In this document: piece by piece, positions 13,851 through 27,456 of the stretch
Position numbering within the stretch: the first letter of the stretch is position 1
Layout: each line of letters opens with the position of its first letter
Assembly (NCBI RefSeq): GCF_009914755.1
Contig: NC_060928.1
Strand: one strand, 5' to 3'
Origin: the human T2T-CHM13v2.0 reference genome, Homo sapiens
Length of the DNA: 64,000 nt
Made by a program: the position numbers and the translations under genes
Notes under the pieces: model-generated
Databases searched by the model: none
The model's input: the letters and a program-made list of their open reading frames with translations, nothing else
What the model was told of the DNA's origin: nothing

Positions 13851-15489
13851 CAGAAATTCCCAACACTGTATATAACAAACATACACAACTCTCCCTTTGT
13901 GCTTTAAAGGGTATAGACTCTGACTACAAAACATTCACTCAGACATAAAGAATGCTCTTTCTGCTACCAGGTAGAGTTTGATTTACCATGTATCAGGTAA
14001 AGAAGAAACTTCTTCCTATCATACACCACCCTTGAGTATTCACTCACTCATGATCTCTCTAGCTTTTTAGAAATTCATTCTCTGAAACTTAGATCCGTCC
14101 ACACCCTACCATGATCTTATATAATATTTGGTGTTTGGTTGGTGCCGAATGAATATTTATTCAAGAAAAGAAGAATAAATGAAATGAAAGATCAGACAGT
14201 GTAATGCTACAGAAAGAGGTTTAATAAACAGAAAATAATATAAATATTCAGTCCACAGTTTTTACATCAATTGGTGAAGTTAGTTTCTATAAAGGACAGG
14301 GAAGACAAATGTAGCTAAAGCCAGACAGACACTACATTCCCTGTTGCTGGAATGTGTCTATATTTTCTCTCTCACTTATGTTCTCTTAACAAGTATTTGT
14401 GATTTCTTTATGCTAGGTACTGTTCTGTGTGTGTTATATTTGACATGTCATTATATTCTTACAACATGCCTGTTAGGTAGGCTCTAGTAACCCTTGGAAA
14501 CCATTGATAATTAACTTACAGTCCTGTTACAATGGAGACTGTGGAAGGAATAGAGCTTCTTTTCCAAGCTGTTGTCATTATTCTCTAACTCAGCAACCCT
14601 TCTGTCAGTCCTCTCTTGTTTGGAAAATAATTTCTGAGCTAGGGCTATTCAGTCCAGTGCTTCTTCTAGTGATGATTCAGTGAGTTTCCTTCCACAATAT
14701 CCTGTATAGTTATGATCTGTGCATTTTTATTCCTTTAAATGGGTAGAAAGCAAGCATAGAGATGGATCTGGAAGATGGCATATTTGAGGACTGTAATGCT
14801 TGATATACTGAGTGAAAATAAGAGTTGATGGTGATAAGGCCAAAGGAAGCCAGGCAAGAAGATAAAGTCATGAAGAACAATGTTTATTCATTTAATAAGT
14901 AGGCATTTACAATGCAGTTTTGTAGAATTTGGCTGTGGAAGACAGATGTAAGTAAAAGTTACAAATAAGGAAGTTTACATTCAAAGTAAAGGTTTTTTTA
15001 ATAACTAGCGCTACTTAATGCAGGCCTGAGAGGTCTCCTGGTGAGGTGATCTTACATTCATTACAAGCACTTAGCAGGAGCCAAAGAACTCCTTATGAGA
15101 CAGGTAGATAGGATTTCTGTGTTGGGTAAAATATTTGACTAGATAAGCCCTAAGTCTCATTTATAATTGCAATTCTCTGGAGGCTTTTGCCTCAATGGAG
15201 AGAGCATCTTCTTTTTGATATAAATAATGCCTTGAGAAAATGCCTTCTTTTCTTCCTTTTTTCACTCAGTATATCAAGCATTACAGTTGCTTGATATGTG
15301 CTTTTTGAGCCCTAGCAGGTTGTTCTGGAGAAGGATAGAGATAAAATTTGTTTTTTCCATGCCAAGCTTGCATGCACACATGCACGTACATGTCTATATC
15401 TTAATATGTTTGCTTTTCATATGCCCCTTTATCTTACCTGCCTCCAAAATGCAGACTTTTCCACTTAGCTACTTTATATTGTGGGCCAT

Positions 15490-15873
15490 TGTGATTATTA
15501 ATTTTATGTGTTAATTTGGCTGGGCTGCAGGGTGCTCAGATAGTAGATCATATGTTATTCTGGGAGTTTTATTTCTTTAGGTGAGATTAACATGTAAATG
15601 GATAAATTTGAGTAAAATAGATACATTCCACAGTGTGGACATTCAATCAGTTTATGGCCTGAATAGAATAGAATACCCAGCTTCCATGAGCAAGCAATAA
15701 TTCTCCAGCAGACAGCCTTCAGACTTCATCTGCATCATTAGCTCTCCTGGGTCTCCACCTGCTAGCTCTCAGAGAGAAATTGCACAATTTTTCTTCTAAG
15801 TCTTGAGGCCGCACTGCAGATTTTGATTTGCTAGTCTCCTTAATTCTGTGATCCAATTCCTTATAAGAGTCTG

Positions 15874-15923
<50 letters not shown>

Positions 15924-15967
15924 CACATCCTATTGTTTGTTTCTCTGAAAAACTCTGACTTATATAC
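15490..15967 (+). mobile_element. MLT2-family (ERVL) solo LTR
   Basis: TGTGATTATTAATTTTATGTGTTAATTTGGCTGGGC start; ATCCTATTGTTTGTTTCTCTGAAAAACTCTGACT end. Confidence 0.85.
15874..15921. repeat. (TCTA)12 tetranucleotide STR inside the MLT2 LTR
   Basis: Read directly: a perfect 48-bp run preceded by TCTG. Confidence 0.97.
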
Positions 15968-18184
15968 TCCCAGTAGGTGTTAGGTGAGAGTTTAGTTCTC
16001 ACATTTGTGGTGGGCAGACTTATCTCCTCTTTTGAAAATAATTGCATTTAATACTCTCCAAAGCCTTTAAGGCCAGAATCTGTAGCTCATTCATTTCTCC
16101 TCTTGAGAAAGTGGTAGGAGCAAGATCCTGAGATATCAAGACGTCTAGATCTGATTACTGCCTTCCCCAGTATTAAGTGTGTGGCTTTTATAGCCTTTCT
16201 GATCTCCTCTAGTTCTCTCCAGCATTTGCTTCAGAAAAGGCTGCTGTCAAGTTTAAGGGAATTAACATATATGAAAGGACTTTGTGAAACATATTATTAA
16301 TAGCTTTCTGTTATTTGGTTAGCTTATTGTAATACTTTCTTTCTTTTCTTCCTTTTTTCTTTTTGAACGGCTGCCAATCCTTAGAAGAATGTAAAGGGCT
16401 GGCAATTTTTTGAAAGAATGAAATGTCTTAAGACCACTATCAGTGAAACCTTCATGGTTAGATCATCGCATTATTTGCTTGATCTTACCTCTTGCCTTCA
16501 CTTTGAGTGGCCCACTTTCTTAAGACAGTTTTGGATTAAAAAAAAATAAAGGTTAGATCTCATCTTCTGGCCTAACTTATGCTCAAAGATAGGTGCATTC
16601 AGTTTTCTGGACCATGGCCTTTGCAGTGATTGTCAAGGAAGAGAAAATCTCATTCACCGAAGATCAACTTTAGGGATTAAAGGAACAAAACTGAAGTGAG
16701 CAATGGGAAGTGATAGAATTGATATTTGAGAGAAGAAAGCTGTAATTATCTTCTAATTATAACTTATTTTCTTGGCCATCAAAAAGTCCCCTTCTGGTAC
16801 TGGATATGTCATTTCTCTTTGTTCTTGTATGAAAAGAAAGCTTCTGTTTTTGCCTTTTCTTTCCTATCACTAAGTATGGCCTTTGAAACATCATATTGCA
16901 AATTTATGCATCCATTTTAGTTTGAGAGAAGTTAGTTGCAATTAGAGACAACAATATTACCACAAGTTCCTTAGAAGAAATTTTTTTAAAAATCACAAGA
17001 ATGATTGGAGAGACTCTGCTGAATCCAGAGAAGGGAGGAAACAAGCTGCAGAATCACCATCTGGAATGTTCCAGAAGGACAGTCCCATGTGCAAATTACA
17101 GAAGAGAAAGGTAAGTATTTATCTTTTAAATAGTCCATCATCAGAACCTAACAAAAAAGCAGAGCTTTTAGCTCAGAGTAGTAAGGAGGCAGGTATATTT
17201 GCAATGGATTTATGACACTTTTTCTTTCCCAGCTCCCTTTGTTTCAGCAAATGACATCATTATCCAGTTAGTAGCTTAAGCTAAAAACCTGGGAGAAATA
17301 CTCAATTCTTTTTGTAAAATCACTCACAAAAATCCTCCCCTAGTCCAACACCAGTCAGGCTGAGTTAGTCTGATTTGTCTAACGAGAAGCATCCGACTAG
17401 CCTTGGTGGCCCTCCAGCAGTGGAAGGATACATCTTGGATAGGATTAACTAAGCATAACACAGCTAGGTCAGCCTCCATAGTGAAAAGACAAAGACATTT
17501 CTTATTTTCCTTGGCTTACATCTTCAGCAACCTTCAGGTTTTTAAGGAAACACTGTTTAATATTCATAATAATCAATATTGTTGATCATATCTGGATTTC
17601 AGGGTGGAATCATGGTTGGAGACCTCTCAATACCTTTGGCTTCCCCTATCTTGATATTTGGGTTTGAAAAATAGCTGTGATTATGAGAATTAGCCTCTTT
17701 ACATTGAAACACAGTAATCTTAATTTTTTCACTTGTACTCTGCAGTGATGAATCATGTGTTTGGACCTTGACACAAACCTCCTAAAGCTCATTCAAAGAT
17801 AGCATTAAATCTCATGTATAAAAAATATGTTTGATTTCTTCCAATTATGTCATTGCCTTGTGCTTTGTAATGGCTGACACCCATTTGTCCCCTCTCTGCA
17901 AAAACATAAAAATTCATTTCAGGCAATGAAATTCAATTTGTCTTGCAAGCAATTCTATAAAAAATAATAATCTGTGCAGCATTCTAATCTCCTTCTACAA
18001 TGTTATGTTGAGCCTGGGCAGCTTTATCTGGCATTTTTCTAGTATTATAAGAGGATAAATGGGAAATTAATGCTTCTAGTAAAGCACCTATTAATGATAA
18101 TGGAAAGTAATTAAAAGCCCAAAGTAAAACATGGAGGAAGTTTGCTCCAATCCAGAGCACATCAAAATGATTTTTTTTGTTTGT

Positions 18185-19345
18185 TTAACTTGCTGTGACA
18201 GATGGTATTATTAGTTCACTATTATCCACTCCTCTCCTGACCTTGCTTTCAGTCTTTAGCCCTGGTGTCTCTATTTGCCCAATTACAGTAAAACTGGGCA
18301 TGGAGATACCAGTGGATCTCCTAATATTTTTGTCCCTTATTCCCCTCTGTAGCAGCAATCCCACCTCCTTGGGATGTTTAGTATCCATTACCTCTGCCAA
18401 GATGGAAATTCTTTTCTTTGCCTTCCATGTAAAGGCATGAAAAGCCCAAGGTGTCAAGAGGCTTAAATTGGTGGCAGACTTCCTTTCTATCCTGTGAAAA
18501 TGTTCTCTTTCCTGAGAACCAGAAGCTCTACACTTTTGAGCTAAGATTTGTAAGGAGAGGAAGGGTAAATTCTTCAACTGGGTCACTGAGAATGATGGTG
18601 AGGCCACTTATATACTTAGGTTCCCGGACTTGTGTAGTTTACCTATTGGAGAAAACAACCATATACTGTTGATTTAAGCCATATGCTGACTTATTTCAGG
18701 ATATCATCTCAAGGTTGGCACGTTAGGTTGGTCTTTAAAGAAGCCATATCATTGTTTCATTAGGCTAGTAGCTTCTATGAAAGGACCAGTGGGTCACATG
18801 CCCACCGTTGCACCCCATGTGAGTGGGTTCTTCAGTCCAAAGAGAGGCCACACTCCAGTTTACCAGATACTCTGTGAACCTCCACATAATCATGCCAGAT
18901 TTATGTAAAAAAAATTGCATTGCTGCCATCATGTCTAATAGTATACAGTTAACAGAGATATCTCCTTAACAGATTTTTGAATAACAACCAGTGATAGCCT
19001 GCCTCTCTTTTCCTGCTCCTTCCAGTAACAAAATAAGACCTCCTTTTTAAAGACAGCATGCATGGCACTTACTAGTGAAATGAAATATTTGGATGTGAAG
19101 GTTGGTAGGGACAGCTAATTTGTTCTGCTCTCCAGTGGAGGTATGAGAAGTACTTGCGGCTGCTTTTCCTGTCAGCCACTTGGGTTCACCAGTCAGTAGG
19201 GTCAGTGAGGAACAAGAAGAATTACAGGCCAGGTGTTCCTGAACTACCTGTGGCTGTAATGATTGAAGATCACTGCCAAAGAGTGTCTAGAGAGTAATTG
19301 GGCTCCTTTTCCTTGCTGCAGTAGCCTTGCCATTATATTGTGGCA
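18185..19345 (-). mobile_element. ERV-L internal fragment: decayed integrase C-terminus plus dUTPase
   Basis: Minus-strand peptides EATSLMKQ*YGFFKDQ, AYGLNQ, SPIGKLHKSGN and KAKKRISILAEVMDTKHPKEVGLLL are collinear with HERV-L EAAGLIERWNGLLKSQ, VYALNQ, SPIARIHGSRN and QAKKGVTVLAGVIDPDYQDEISLLL (recalled). Confidence 0.8.
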
Positions 19346-20332
19346 TAAATCATTAACACTATTTTATTTTTGACAATCTCTTTTTTTGGTATAAGCTTTT
19401 ATTTTGACAATCATGAGTCAAAAAACAAAAGTTCATGTTTAATAAAACATTTGGAATGAGATTTTCATTTCTCTAGAAAGCTGATGATAATTGTGGAACT
19501 TGCCTAAAATATTTGTTGACATTTAAATATCCACCATGAGGACCACAGTAATATCACTGATTGCAGCCTCCACTAATACAAGACAAATTAACATTCCCAA
19601 TTACAGAAAGTGTGAAACATTGCTTTTTATTTAGATCAATGATTATTCTAAATTTATTTTCCTCATTTTAAATTCAATTTTTCTTGTGCATGTACCAAAA
19701 CTGAGTAAATTAAAAATAAAAGCATAGCTGTGACTGCGTTGGCTCCATTAGGAAAAAAAAAGACCTTTACAAACGTCTGATAATGTCTCATCTTTCAAAT
19801 TAACAGAAAAAAAAAACAATAAAAAACAGGATAATTCCAATAATTGTTAAATTGTTCTTATCATTTGTTAAATACAATCGGGGAAAGCTTGGGGAGTTTT
19901 GTCCTGTCAAAGACACACATCTGACATTATTACTAATACCACTATAAATACAATTAAAATTTAAACAGTGAAGAAAATTTATGTTTGTGGTTCTAATCTA
20001 AAGACAAATATTGATGGAACATTCATAGCATTGTGGCATATGCCATGTTTTGGGGAAGTAAGAGATCTATGGATCAACTACAAATATAGCGTTGTCTTTA
20101 GGCACACATCAACATAATAGCATCCAAATACGCTTAAATGTTCTACCAGTAAAAACAGAAGCAATGGTTGGCAGAAGTTACAAAAAAGATTCAATATTAC
20201 ATTGAGAATAAATAGACTACAGCTTTGTTTTGGGGACAAATCTGATATTGAATACAAAAAAGAGTTCAGCATCTCAGCGTGTTTTGCTCTTTGTTCCCCA
20301 CCATCAACTGAATTTTAGAAATGTTCTAGCTT

Positions 20333-20623
20333 GGGAAACATCATTCTCAGCAAACTGACACAAGAACAGAAAACCAAACACCGCATGTTCTCACTCATAA
20401 GTGGACCTGAACAATGAGAAAACATGGACACAGAGAGGGGAACATCACACACCCAGGCCTGTCGGGGGCTGGGGGGGCTAGCGGAGGGATAGCATTAGGA
20501 GAAATCCCTAATGTAGGTGACAGGTTGATGGGTGCAGCAAACCACCATGGCACCTGTATACCTATGTAACAAAGCTGCACGTTCTGCACATGTACCCCAG
20601 AACTTAAAGTATAATTTAAAGAA
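20333..20623 (+). mobile_element. Short 5'-truncated L1PA (L1PA7/8-like) 3' end
   Basis: L1 3'UTR (AAAACCAAACACCGCATGTTCTCACTCATAAGTGG...AGAACTTAAAGTATAAT). 16-bp TSD AGAAAT(G/T)TTCTAGCTT at 20317-20332 and 20624-20639. Confidence 0.95.
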
Positions 20624-21540
20624 AGAAATTTTCTAGCTTTTGAAGAACTTTTGCAAATTATCCTAACTGTCCTAACTGAATTTGCTCATCCTTCCATCAG
20701 TTCTACTTCCCTTGTTCTTTCTATAGGGTGAGTACTATAAAAGCAGTATGATTCTAAGATTATCATTATTTTGGTTAAACATGTCCCTTAAGTAAGCCAA
20801 TGACTTTATCTTGTGTTTGTTAGAGTTTGCTTGGAGCCATATCTGATTTTTACCTCGTTCAGTGATTTTGATACAAAACTCCTTTAAAAATAAAGCCTTA
20901 TGTGATAAGTCAACAACTCCCTAAAGCTTTGTACAGAGTGTACAAGTTTGATATCATGAGTGAAGTTTTATTAAATGTAAGCTCAATGTGAGTATTCAGG
21001 CAAATTGGGTGTTTGTGTGAGTGCTTATCTGTTTCTGAATGATAATCCTGAGAAAACAAAGGAGTTGCTGAAGATGGACAAGGGCAGTCATGGGATGTTC
21101 ATACTGAGATCAAAAGCCAGACCATTCACCCAACAGGACAGCTCAGGGTGTGGTAATAAATCAAGAACTGAGGCAATAAAAGCTACAAATGAGGCCCTTT
21201 GCCAGAAAAAGCATGGCTTGAAAGAGGTTGAGATGGGTGTGGGTCTTAGGAGATACATTTCTATAGCAATTCAAAAAAAGACATTCAAGAAAACTGAATG
21301 ATTGTAGAAAGTAATGTGTAGAAGGAAAGAGTGTGTGTGGGCCTTGCTAACTGATGAAGGCCCACGTGCCATTTAATAGTTGTGTGTGTCCTTTGGAAAT
21401 GAGGCCAAAAGTGTCTAGTCTTTCATGTGGTGCAAAGAGCACAGATTTTGGTGTTGAGAGGCTTAGGTGGGCTGTTTAAATGTGGTTTGCTATTTACCAG
21501 TGTCCCTCCCTCTGTTTACAGTTTGCTGTAACAGTTTTTC

Positions 21541-21543
<3 letters not shown>

Positions 21544-21574
<31 letters not shown>
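21544..21574. repeat. (AC)15 microsatellite
   Basis: Read directly from the sequence. Confidence 0.95.
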
Positions 21575-21578
<4 letters not shown>

Positions 21579-23483
21579 TTAGTTATACCATTAACACTTG
21601 TGCACTTTAGTCATTTGACATTTAATCAATCTATTTATATTATTTCTCCATCAGTCAATATATAATAGATTTATCCTCTCTGATGACAGTACAGAATTCC
21701 TCACCTTTAATCAGTCCTCTCTGGACAGACATTAAAATAGTTTCCAGCTTCTTGCTGGAGCAGTCATTCTAGATGGTACAGATTTTCACACATTTACATG
21801 TATATGTGTAGGGTAAATTTCTAGAAATGAAATTATTGGGTAAACAGAAAAGTTTCCTTTTGGGAAAATATAGCACAATTAACCTTTTAAATGTACACAT
21901 CCAAGGGTCAGGATTAGCTAGAGACTTTTATACACTGATGGATGAGTTGTAAATTAGTGGGGAATTCTGGGGGTTCACTTTACATTGCTTATAATCTTAT
22001 AACTCCATTAATAAATTGCCTTATGAGGTTGTACGTCTCCCAAATAGTTTTACCTTGGAGGATCCTTTAGTAAGTAGAGTAGCCCAAATTTGGATACTTG
22101 GCAGGTGATTTACCAAAGTGTTTTTAAAAATTAGTTTGTTTTTGTCCTACATGGGTATCTATTTAGCCTTGTCTTTTTTTCCACAATCGTATAGAGAGGG
22201 ATTTGAAAGCCTTAATTAGTGAGTCATGTGAGCAGATTGGAAACAATTTTCTGAGTCAATCTCACTCCAGGAAAGTTCTTCCTAATCCCATGTCTGGGTG
22301 GAAATGGGCAGGCTAGCATCCAAGCATTTGTTATAATCTGGCTCTTCAGTTCCCAGAAAAGCTTATTTCCCTGGAGCTTGGCTTGCTGATTTCCCAGCAC
22401 ACAGGTCTGCATGAAACAGAAATCACAGATGTGCCAAACTCTGGGCATCTCACAGGGAGAGACAATGCCAAGCTCACCACTATTACTCCACCTTTGCACA
22501 AAGATCAGGTAAGGGAAATGCTATTGGGGGAGGATTGCTTGAGATACATCAGCCTGTCTCCTCCTCAGATAGCCTTGAACATACACGTGGATCACATAAA
22601 ATAACGAGATAATTTTATTCAAGACCTTGCCTTGAAGGATATTTTAAAACTGAATTTCATTTTGCTGTAATATCTATTCAGACTATTTTGATGTTATGAG
22701 AAATACCCTTATAAAAACCTTAGTGAGGTTTATAGAAAGGATGTTGTGTAGGTCATTTTATTCATCATATCACAAACTTTCTCTCTTTCTCTTTTATAAG
22801 AACCATTGGGATAAATTCCTATAGGATCTTAGTATCAAGGAAAGTTGTACTTCTTCTGTGCCATTGTCCTATTTTTGTTTCATGAGTATTTCAAATCATT
22901 TAAGATAAAAGTTGTCTGTTTTCATGTTGCTTGCTAGGAAGCTTAGAGCTAAATTTGTGATTGACTCACAGTATGATTTACTTATAGAGTCAATTCATCC
23001 AATCCAGTAGGAGGCTCCACATTTTTCTGTGCAACTGAGTTAACTCATTGTAAAAAGTATGTTATATATGCATCTATGAATAACTAATTCTTTAACTCCA
23101 AACAGTTCGCACACCCATGTTAAGACACGCACATTTGTTTGCAACCTAAAACCCCTCCTTTTAGATCTCTGTTTTGGCTTCATTTAGCTTTCTTTAGGAT
23201 AATGTATGCCACCTTATCAGGGTGCCACTAAACTGCCCATTTCAATTTTTTTAAATGTTCCTATCTTTGTAAAGTGAGAAGTTCTTTGGGTTCCTCAGCT
23301 GGTCCTCACTCAACATTAACTTTAATAGAATTTGATTTTTCTTCCAAGTATGGGGAAGCCATGCTATACTTCTTAAAATTTGTACAATCAGAAATTAATA
23401 TTCTCTTACATCTAATAGATACTGGTTTTTACTTTCATTGCTTTTGCAGCAAATCTGTTTCCTCTCAGATCATAAGAATACTC

Positions 23484-24019
23484 CATTTGACCCGCAATCC
23501 CATTACTGGGTATATACCCAAAGGATTATAAATCATGCTGCTATAAGGACACATGCACGCGTATGTTTATTGTGGCACTATTCACAATAGCAAAGACTTG
23601 GAACCAACACAAATGTCCAACAATGATAGACTGGATTAAGAAAATGTGACACATATACGCCATGGAATACTATGCAGCCATAAAAAATGATGAGTTCATG
23701 TCCTTTGTAGGGACATGGATGAAGCTGGAAACCATCATTCTCAGCAAATTCTCGCAAGGACAAAAAACCAAACACCGCATGTTCTCACTCATAGGTGAGA
23801 ATTGAACAAAGAGAACACATGGACACAGGAAGGGGAACATCACACACTGGGGACTGTTGTGGGGTGGGGGTAGGGGGGAGGGATAGCATTTGGAGATATA
23901 CCTAATGTTAAATGACGAGTTAATGGGTGCAGCACACCAACATGGCACATGTATACATATGTAACTAACCTGCACATTGTGCACATGTACCCTGAAACTT
24001 AAAGTAGAATAAAAAAATA
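23484..24019 (+). mobile_element. 5'-truncated younger L1PA (about L1PA3-5) 3' end
   Basis: Close to consensus L1 ORF2 end and 3'UTR with CCTAATGTTAAATGACGAGTTAATGGG. TSD AAGAATA(C/T)TC at 23474-23483 and 24020-24029. Confidence 0.95.
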
Positions 24020-24357
24020 AAGAATATTCTAACTTGCTCAATTAATGTTTAATTGCTAGTTTTATCCCAGTACTGCTGTAGGCCATTATAAGATGCTTTC
24101 TCATGGTTTAACTGGTTCCTTGTCCATACCCTTGTTGGCCAACATTCTTTATTTCTACATTTAATATTTCTAATCCTATCAGCTCTTAAGATTCCTTATA
24201 AGTTACCCCAAAACCCCTCTGGAAATTTGTGGGAATAAAGATAATCACACAACTAATGTTTATTTGAGCACATGAGAAATCACCCTGTGAGGAAATCATT
24301 TTGCAGAAATATATCATCTTAATGTAACAAATATCAAGTCTAAATTTCTTACATCAA

Positions 24358-25096
24358 TTTTCTTTTTCTTTTTTTGATTATTATACTTAAGTTCTGAGAT
24401 ACATGTGTGGAATGTGCAGGTTTGTTACATAGTTATACATGTGCCATGTTTGCTGCACCCATCAACCCATCAACCCGTCAACCCGTCATCTATGTTAGAT
24501 ATTTCTCCTAATGCTATCCCTCTCCTAGCCCCCAACCATCTGACAGGTCCTGGTGTGTGATGTTCCCCTTCCTGTGTGAAAATGTTCTCATTGTTCAACT
24601 CCCACTTATGAGTGAGAACATGCGGTATTTGGTTTTCTTTTCCAGGGTTAGTTTGCTGAGAATGATGGTTTCCAGCTTCATCCATGCCCCTGCAAAGGAC
24701 ATGAACTCATTCTTTTTTATGGCTGCGTAGTATTCCATGGTGTGTATGTGCCACATTTTCTTTATCCAGTCTGTTATTGATGGGCATTTGAGTTGGTTCC
24801 AAGTCTTTGCTATTGTAAACAGTGCTGCAATAAATATATGTGTGCATCGGTTTTTGTAGTAGAATGATTCATAATCCTTTGGGTATATATCCAGTGGGAT
24901 TGCTGGGTCAAATGGTATTTCTAGTTCTAGATCCTTGAGGAATCACCACACTGTCTTCCACAATGGTTAAACTAATTTATACTCCCACCAACAGTGTAAA
25001 AGTGCTCCTATTTCTCCACATCCCCTCCACCATCTGTTGTTTCCTGACTTTTTAATGATCGCCATTCTAACTGGCGTGAGATGATATCTCATTGAG
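24358..25096 (-). mobile_element. 5'-truncated L1PA (L1PA6-8-like) 3' end
   Basis: T-rich tail followed by antisense L1 3'UTR and ORF2 C-terminus. The minus ORF contains [29 protein letters not shown]. Confidence 0.95.
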
Positions 25097-25494
25097 GATT
25101 CTGAAGGACTCCAATTTCTTGTGCTCTGATGAGTAACTGAATACAATTTTATGTCCTCCAGAGACGAGACAATTTTCAAGTCAAAATATGTACAATTAAA
25201 ATAAGGAGCATTTTGGGGAGAGTCACTTAATCTTGTCTGGTTTTATTTGGAACATAATCAATTAATTAGGAAAGAAAATAACCTCACTGGATGTTCATGT
25301 TAAACATGGAAACAGGCATTTCATCTTTAGTCATGAGTTATACACTGATGGTAAGGAACTCCGGAGAAGGTTGAAAGCAGTCCCATAACTTGTGAAAGTC
25401 AATAACAATTATTTTATTTGTGATCTGCAATTTGACATTGATAAACATATAAAACAAAGAGGTTCTGGTTCTAGTGACAGGTGAGAGTTTAGAA

Positions 25495-25496
<2 letters not shown>

Positions 25497-25538
<42 letters not shown>
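25497..25538. repeat. (AC)21 microsatellite
   Basis: Read directly from the sequence. Confidence 0.97.
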
Positions 25539-26160
<622 letters not shown>

Positions 26161-26710
26161 CTAAGAGAAATCTTCATTGATTATAGCAATATTCAAAGTA
26201 GCCCTGTAGGTAAACTTGAATGTTTATGACCAATTGCAACTTGCAATATAAGAAGATTGTTGGTGACAAGAAGGCTTTATCAAGTGAAGAAAGGAGACAA
26301 ATAATTAATACCTGCTAGTCACATTGATCACAGATCACACAAAGTCTAAGAGTTCCTTTGTTGCGCAGCTGATTGTAAACTAGAAGTCGTTAAAAAAAGA
26401 TAAAGTTTCATCATGCTGGAAGGTGATAAGATAAAACACTGTGGCACAGAGAGAAAGCCAGCGCCTTCACTTTGATGAAGACTTCGTTCATATGGACAGG
26501 AGAGCTGATGACTTCAGTATTTATTTATTGAATGGTGTCATATACCGATTTCTATTCAGAGTATGTAAAATTCCTTAGTATATCTTTCTGATCACATTCC
26601 TGTCTTCCCCATTAAATTATGTGTTTCCTGATGGCCCTAGAACATCTAATTGCTATTCTACTCAGATGCATTCAGATCTTTCTTACCCTCTCTTAATACA
26701 TATGCCTCAG

Positions 26711-27100
26711 CTGTGGTGTTTCTTTGTTTCTAAGGACCTACACCTGAGACCTTAGGTTACTAGCGCTGGTTTGTGAGCAGGAAAGAGATTCTGAGGATCC
26801 TGGGATGGTACACCCCTCAGGGAGGGCTTCATCAATGACTGAGTTGTGTGGGATTATGCAAGTCCGGCTTTCTTGCTCTGAATTGTGGTAAGCTCTGGAA
26901 TTTAACTTACACTCCAGTGCTATGCAGGATCATGCTGTAACTCTCTTCTTTCGGACTTTGCCTGAAATCACCCTTGCTTGACTTTATCCTCTTTCCTCCT
27001 CTGTTTCTTCTACTTTTTCATGAAATTCTCCTGGGAGCACTTCCTTAAGAACCGAATACACAGGAATCCTGTGTCAGAGTCTGCTCCTGGAGAAATTCAC
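26711..27100 (+). mobile_element. LTR16-family (ERVL) LTR
   Basis: CATCAATGACTGAG, GGACTTTGCCTGAAATCACCCTTGCTTG and CTCCTGGGAGCACTTCCTTAA...AATCCTGTGTCAGAGTCTGCT. Confidence 0.75.
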
Positions 27101-27456
27101 AATGCCTGCCTTTTAAAATTCATTTTGGTTTTCACTGGCATAGTAGGAACTTAGCAAATGCTTGTGGAGTGAATAAATGAGAAACTCAGAACATATTTAG
27201 ATGTGGAAACATGGCGAATATCCAAGAGCCTGACTTTACTGTGGGTAAATGTGATACACTTCCACCAAATCTTGAGTGGATTCACCATGAGCAGTGTGAT
27301 AAAGAGGAGCTCTGCTCTTGGTCTGTTTTGGAGGTTTGCCCTGACTGATGCGCAACAGGTGTAAGAAGGAGCTCCAGGCAGTCTTTCTGTAGTCAGGTAG
27401 CACAGGGGTGCCTGTTTACTCAGATTATTTGGCTGATGAAGGCGAGAAGATGATGT

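Noticed and set aside
17376-17402. Imperfect inverted repeat (TAGTCTGAT at about 17366 / ATCCGACTA at about 17390) suggesting a hairpin RNA
   Set aside because: The stem is short and mismatched, well below pre-miRNA length.
5267-19345. Possible pairing of the MLT2 LTRs (5267, 15490) with the ERV-L fragment at 18185-19345 as one provirus
   Set aside because: The two LTRs are in opposite orientations, both lie on the same side of the fragment, and kilobases of unrelated older sequence separate them.
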